Made by a program: the position numbers and the translations under genes
Shown: positions 34,133 through 36,588 of the stretch, in pieces
Layout of the letters: every line of letters begins with the position of its first letter
Numbering within the stretch: position 1 is the stretch's first letter
Notes under the pieces: generated by a model
Database searches by the model: none
What the model saw: the letters and a program-made list of their open reading frames with translations, nothing else
Told to the model about the DNA's origin: nothing
Assembly (NCBI GenBank): GCA_023140255.1
Contig: JAGLLX010000002.1
Coordinates: 1 to 36,588, forward strand
Length of the DNA: 36,588 bases
Direction of reading: 5' to 3'
Origin: Minisyncoccota bacterium
GTDB lineage: Bacteria > Patescibacteriota > Minisyncoccia > Phycocordibacterales > UBA12079

Positions 34133-35185
34133 ATGGACTATAAAAAATTAATTGAAGATTTAATAAACAGTGTTGTAAAAGAAAATGGATCTGATATTCA
34201 TTTAACTAGAGACGAATATCCTGTAATTAGAGTGCAGGGGTCTTTGCATTATCTAGAAGCTATGCCCAAGCTTTCTTCAGATGATATAATGGGGATTGTT
34301 ACATATCTTTTAACTCCAGAATATAAGGAAGAATTTTTAAAGAATAAAGAAATTGATTTTTCTTTTGAAACAGAAGTAGCAAGATTTAGAGGAAGTTGTT
34401 TTTATGCACAAAAATCAGTTGGGGTTAGCTTACGACTTATTCCTAAGAAAGTAAAAACTTTGAAAGAACTTAACTTACCTTCTGTTTTAGAAACTTTTGC
34501 TCAAAAACAACAAGGTTTTTTCTTGGTGGTTGGTCCTATGGGTCATGGTAAATCAACGACCTTAGCTTCAATGGTAGAAATGATTAATCAGACTAAAGCA
34601 GAACATATAGTAACTATAGAAGATCCAGTTGAATATATTTTTCAAAAAGGAAAATCAATAATAGATCAAAGAGAAGTAAAAATAGATACAAAAGATTTTC
34701 CCACAGCATTAAGATCAGTATTCAGACAAGATGCTGATGTTATAATGATAGGGGAAATGCGAGGTATAGAAACAATTTCTACTTCAGTTACTGCGGCAGA
34801 AACAGGACATTTAGTTCTTTCTACTTTACATACTAACAACGCTCCTCAAACAATAGATAGAATTATTGATGTATTTCCGCCTCAACAACAAAACCAAATA
34901 AGGATTCAATTAGCTGGTTCATTATTAGGTATCTTTTCACAAAGATTAGTTCCTAGAATTTCAGGAGGAATGATTCCTGCTTATGAGTTATTAATAAATA
35001 ATAATGCTACTGCAAATTTGATTAGAGAAGGGAGAACTTTTGAAATTGCTAATGTGATAGAAACATCTTCAGCAGAAGGCATGGTAAGTTTAAATAAATC
35101 TTTAGAAGAATTAGTTAGAGTGGGTGAAATAACTTTAGAAAACGCAAGAAAATATTCATTTAGACCTAAAGAATTAAAGGGATAA
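34133..35185 (+). CDS. pilT: Type IV pilus retraction ATPase PilT
   Basis: SDIHL, GPMGHGKSTT, TIEDPVE, AAETGHLVLSTLHT, NLIREG. Confidence 0.95.
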   Translation: MDYKKLIEDLINSVVKENGSDIHLTRDEYPVIRVQGSLHYLEAMPKLSSDDIMGIVTYLLTPEYKEEFLKNKEIDFSFETEVARFRGSCFYAQKSVGVSLRLIPKKVKTLKELNLPSVLETFAQKQQGFFLVVGPMGHGKSTTLASMVEMINQTKAEHIVTIEDPVEYIFQKGKSIIDQREVKIDTKDFPTALRSVFRQDADVIMIGEMRGIETISTSVTAAETGHLVLSTLHTNNAPQTIDRIIDVFPPQQQNQIRIQLAGSLLGIFSQRLVPRISGGMIPAYELLINNNATANLIREGRTFEIANVIETSSAEGMVSLNKSLEELVRVGEITLENARKYSFRPKELKG

Positions 35186-35192
35186 TAAAATT

Positions 35193-36398
35193 ATGTTATT
35201 TAAATATAAAATTATAGATAAAAATGGGGTTGAAAAAGCAGGTGAAATTGATGCTATCAGTGAAGAAGCCGCGATTACTTCACTGCAAGGACGTGAGTAT
35301 GTAATTACTTATATAGGGTCTGCTGATAAAAAGAATCTCTTGAATATGGAGTTTACTTTTTTGCAAAAGGTTTCTAATAAGGACATCGTTATTTTATCTA
35401 AGCAATTATCTACACTATTTAGTTCTCATGTTTCTGTTTTAAGAGTTTTCCGTTTATTAGGAGAAGAATCTGAAAATCCAGCTTTGAGAAGGGTTTTAAC
35501 AGCTGTAGCTGATGATATTCAAGGAGGATTACAAATTTCAGTAGCTTTATCTAAACATCCAAAGGTATTTTCTAGTTTTTATGTCAATATGATAAAGTCT
35601 GGAGAAGAGTCAGGTAAATTAAATGAAACTTTTGCCTTTTTAGCAGAGCATTTAGATAGAAATTATGACTTATTGTCTAAAGTAAAAAATGCTTTAGTTT
35701 ACCCAATTTTCGTTATTGTAGTGTTCGTAGTTGTTATGGTTCTGATGTTCACTATGGTTATTCCTAAAATAAGTATTATTTTGACAGACGCTGGACAAGA
35801 ATTACCTTTATTGACTAGAGCTGTGATTTCAACAAGTGATTTTTTACTGGATTACGGAATCTTCCTTCTTGTAATTTTAGTAATAGGTATTTTTATGTTT
35901 TTGAAATTTGCTCGTACTGAAGCAGGAAGATTATCTGTGGATAGACTTAAATTGAGTGTTCCTTATATAGGAGATTTATATAAAAAAGTATATTTAGCTA
36001 GAATACTGGGAAACATGCAAACCATGTTAACTAGTGGTGTTTCTATTGTGAAAACTATGGAGGTAACGACTTCTGTTGTAGATAATGTTGTTTATAAAGC
36101 GATATTAGAGAAATCTGTGGCTGCTATTAAGTCAGGAGTTTCTGTGTCAGAATCTTTAACTGGTTATAAAGAAATCCCTAATATTATGGTTCAGATGATA
36201 AAGATCGGAGAAGAAACAGGGGAATTTAATAAAGTTTTAGATACTCTTTCTCGTTTTTACGAAAGAGAAGTAAATGGAGCTGTAGACATGTTGGTAGGAA
36301 TGATTGAACCAGCTATGATTGTTCTTCTTGGTTTAGGGGTAGGAGGATTGATGGCTGCTGTATTAATGCCTATTTACAATATTTCATCAGCAATTTAA
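35193..36398 (+). CDS. pilC: Type IV pilus inner-membrane platform protein PilC (GspF family)
   Basis: GEESG.L, ALVYP, LP.LT, GEETG, IEP, PIY. Confidence 0.95.
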   Translation: MLFKYKIIDKNGVEKAGEIDAISEEAAITSLQGREYVITYIGSADKKNLLNMEFTFLQKVSNKDIVILSKQLSTLFSSHVSVLRVFRLLGEESENPALRRVLTAVADDIQGGLQISVALSKHPKVFSSFYVNMIKSGEESGKLNETFAFLAEHLDRNYDLLSKVKNALVYPIFVIVVFVVVMVLMFTMVIPKISIILTDAGQELPLLTRAVISTSDFLLDYGIFLLVILVIGIFMFLKFARTEAGRLSVDRLKLSVPYIGDLYKKVYLARILGNMQTMLTSGVSIVKTMEVTTSVVDNVVYKAILEKSVAAIKSGVSVSESLTGYKEIPNIMVQMIKIGEETGEFNKVLDTLSRFYEREVNGAVDMLVGMIEPAMIVLLGLGVGGLMAAVLMPIYNISSAI

Positions 36399-36418
36399 AA
36401 AATTAAATATTATGTATC

Positions 36419-36451
36419 AAAAAAGGGTGAGGCTTTAGCCTCGCCCTTTTT
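36419..36451 (+). terminator. Intrinsic terminator after pilC
   Basis: AAAAAAGGGTGAGGCT-TT-AGCCTCGCCCTTTTT. Confidence 0.88.
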
Positions 36452-36588
36452 CTATATTATTTATCCCCAACCCCATTTTCTTTTTATAGGCATCTAAGAG
36501 TATAATATAGGAACAAACAATAAATTATACAGTCTTATAATTTTATTATTAATTATTATTAAGTAAGTCAAAAGTTTATAAAGTCTAT

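Noticed and set aside
1-36588. Alternative genetic code 25 (UGA=Gly) as in Gracilibacteria/Absconditabacteria
   Set aside because: Conserved genes are full length under code 11 and TGA terminates hsdS and hsdR at the expected positions

Overview
Very AT-rich bacterial chromosome segment read with genetic code 11. Gene content and style suggest a Patescibacteria/CPR (Parcubacteria-like) genome; this is an inference. The housekeeping backbone comprises DUF134, DUF5320, an H1-like protein, ssrA (tmRNA) with smpB, ftsH, tRNA-Ile(UAU), recG, rubrerythrin, tRNA-Ser(GCU), comF and a pilMNO(P)-pilB-pilT-pilC type IV pilus locus. Three accessory blocks stand out. (1) A 1.9-kb cassette between 57-bp direct repeats encodes an unannotated 48-aa graspetide-like precursor, an MvdC/MvdD-type ATP-grasp ligase and a DUF6624 protein. 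(2) A TrpR-like gene is surrounded by four TCCATTTAAATGGA palindromes. (3) A ~16-kb island downstream of tRNA-Ser carries a LexA/S24 repressor, a large serine recombinase, a type I R-M operon (MerR-HTH-fused HsdM plus two inserted genes, one with a HEPN-like motif), structured non-coding RNA candidates, an iteron-like repeat field and an attC-like site. Recurrent non-coding oddities include 5' tRNA fragments cut at the D-loop ahead of both tRNAs, a MITE inserted in the recG start codon, and a DnaA-box-like motif at a fixed distance upstream of the pilus promoters. All family assignments come from motif recognition by eye, not database searches.
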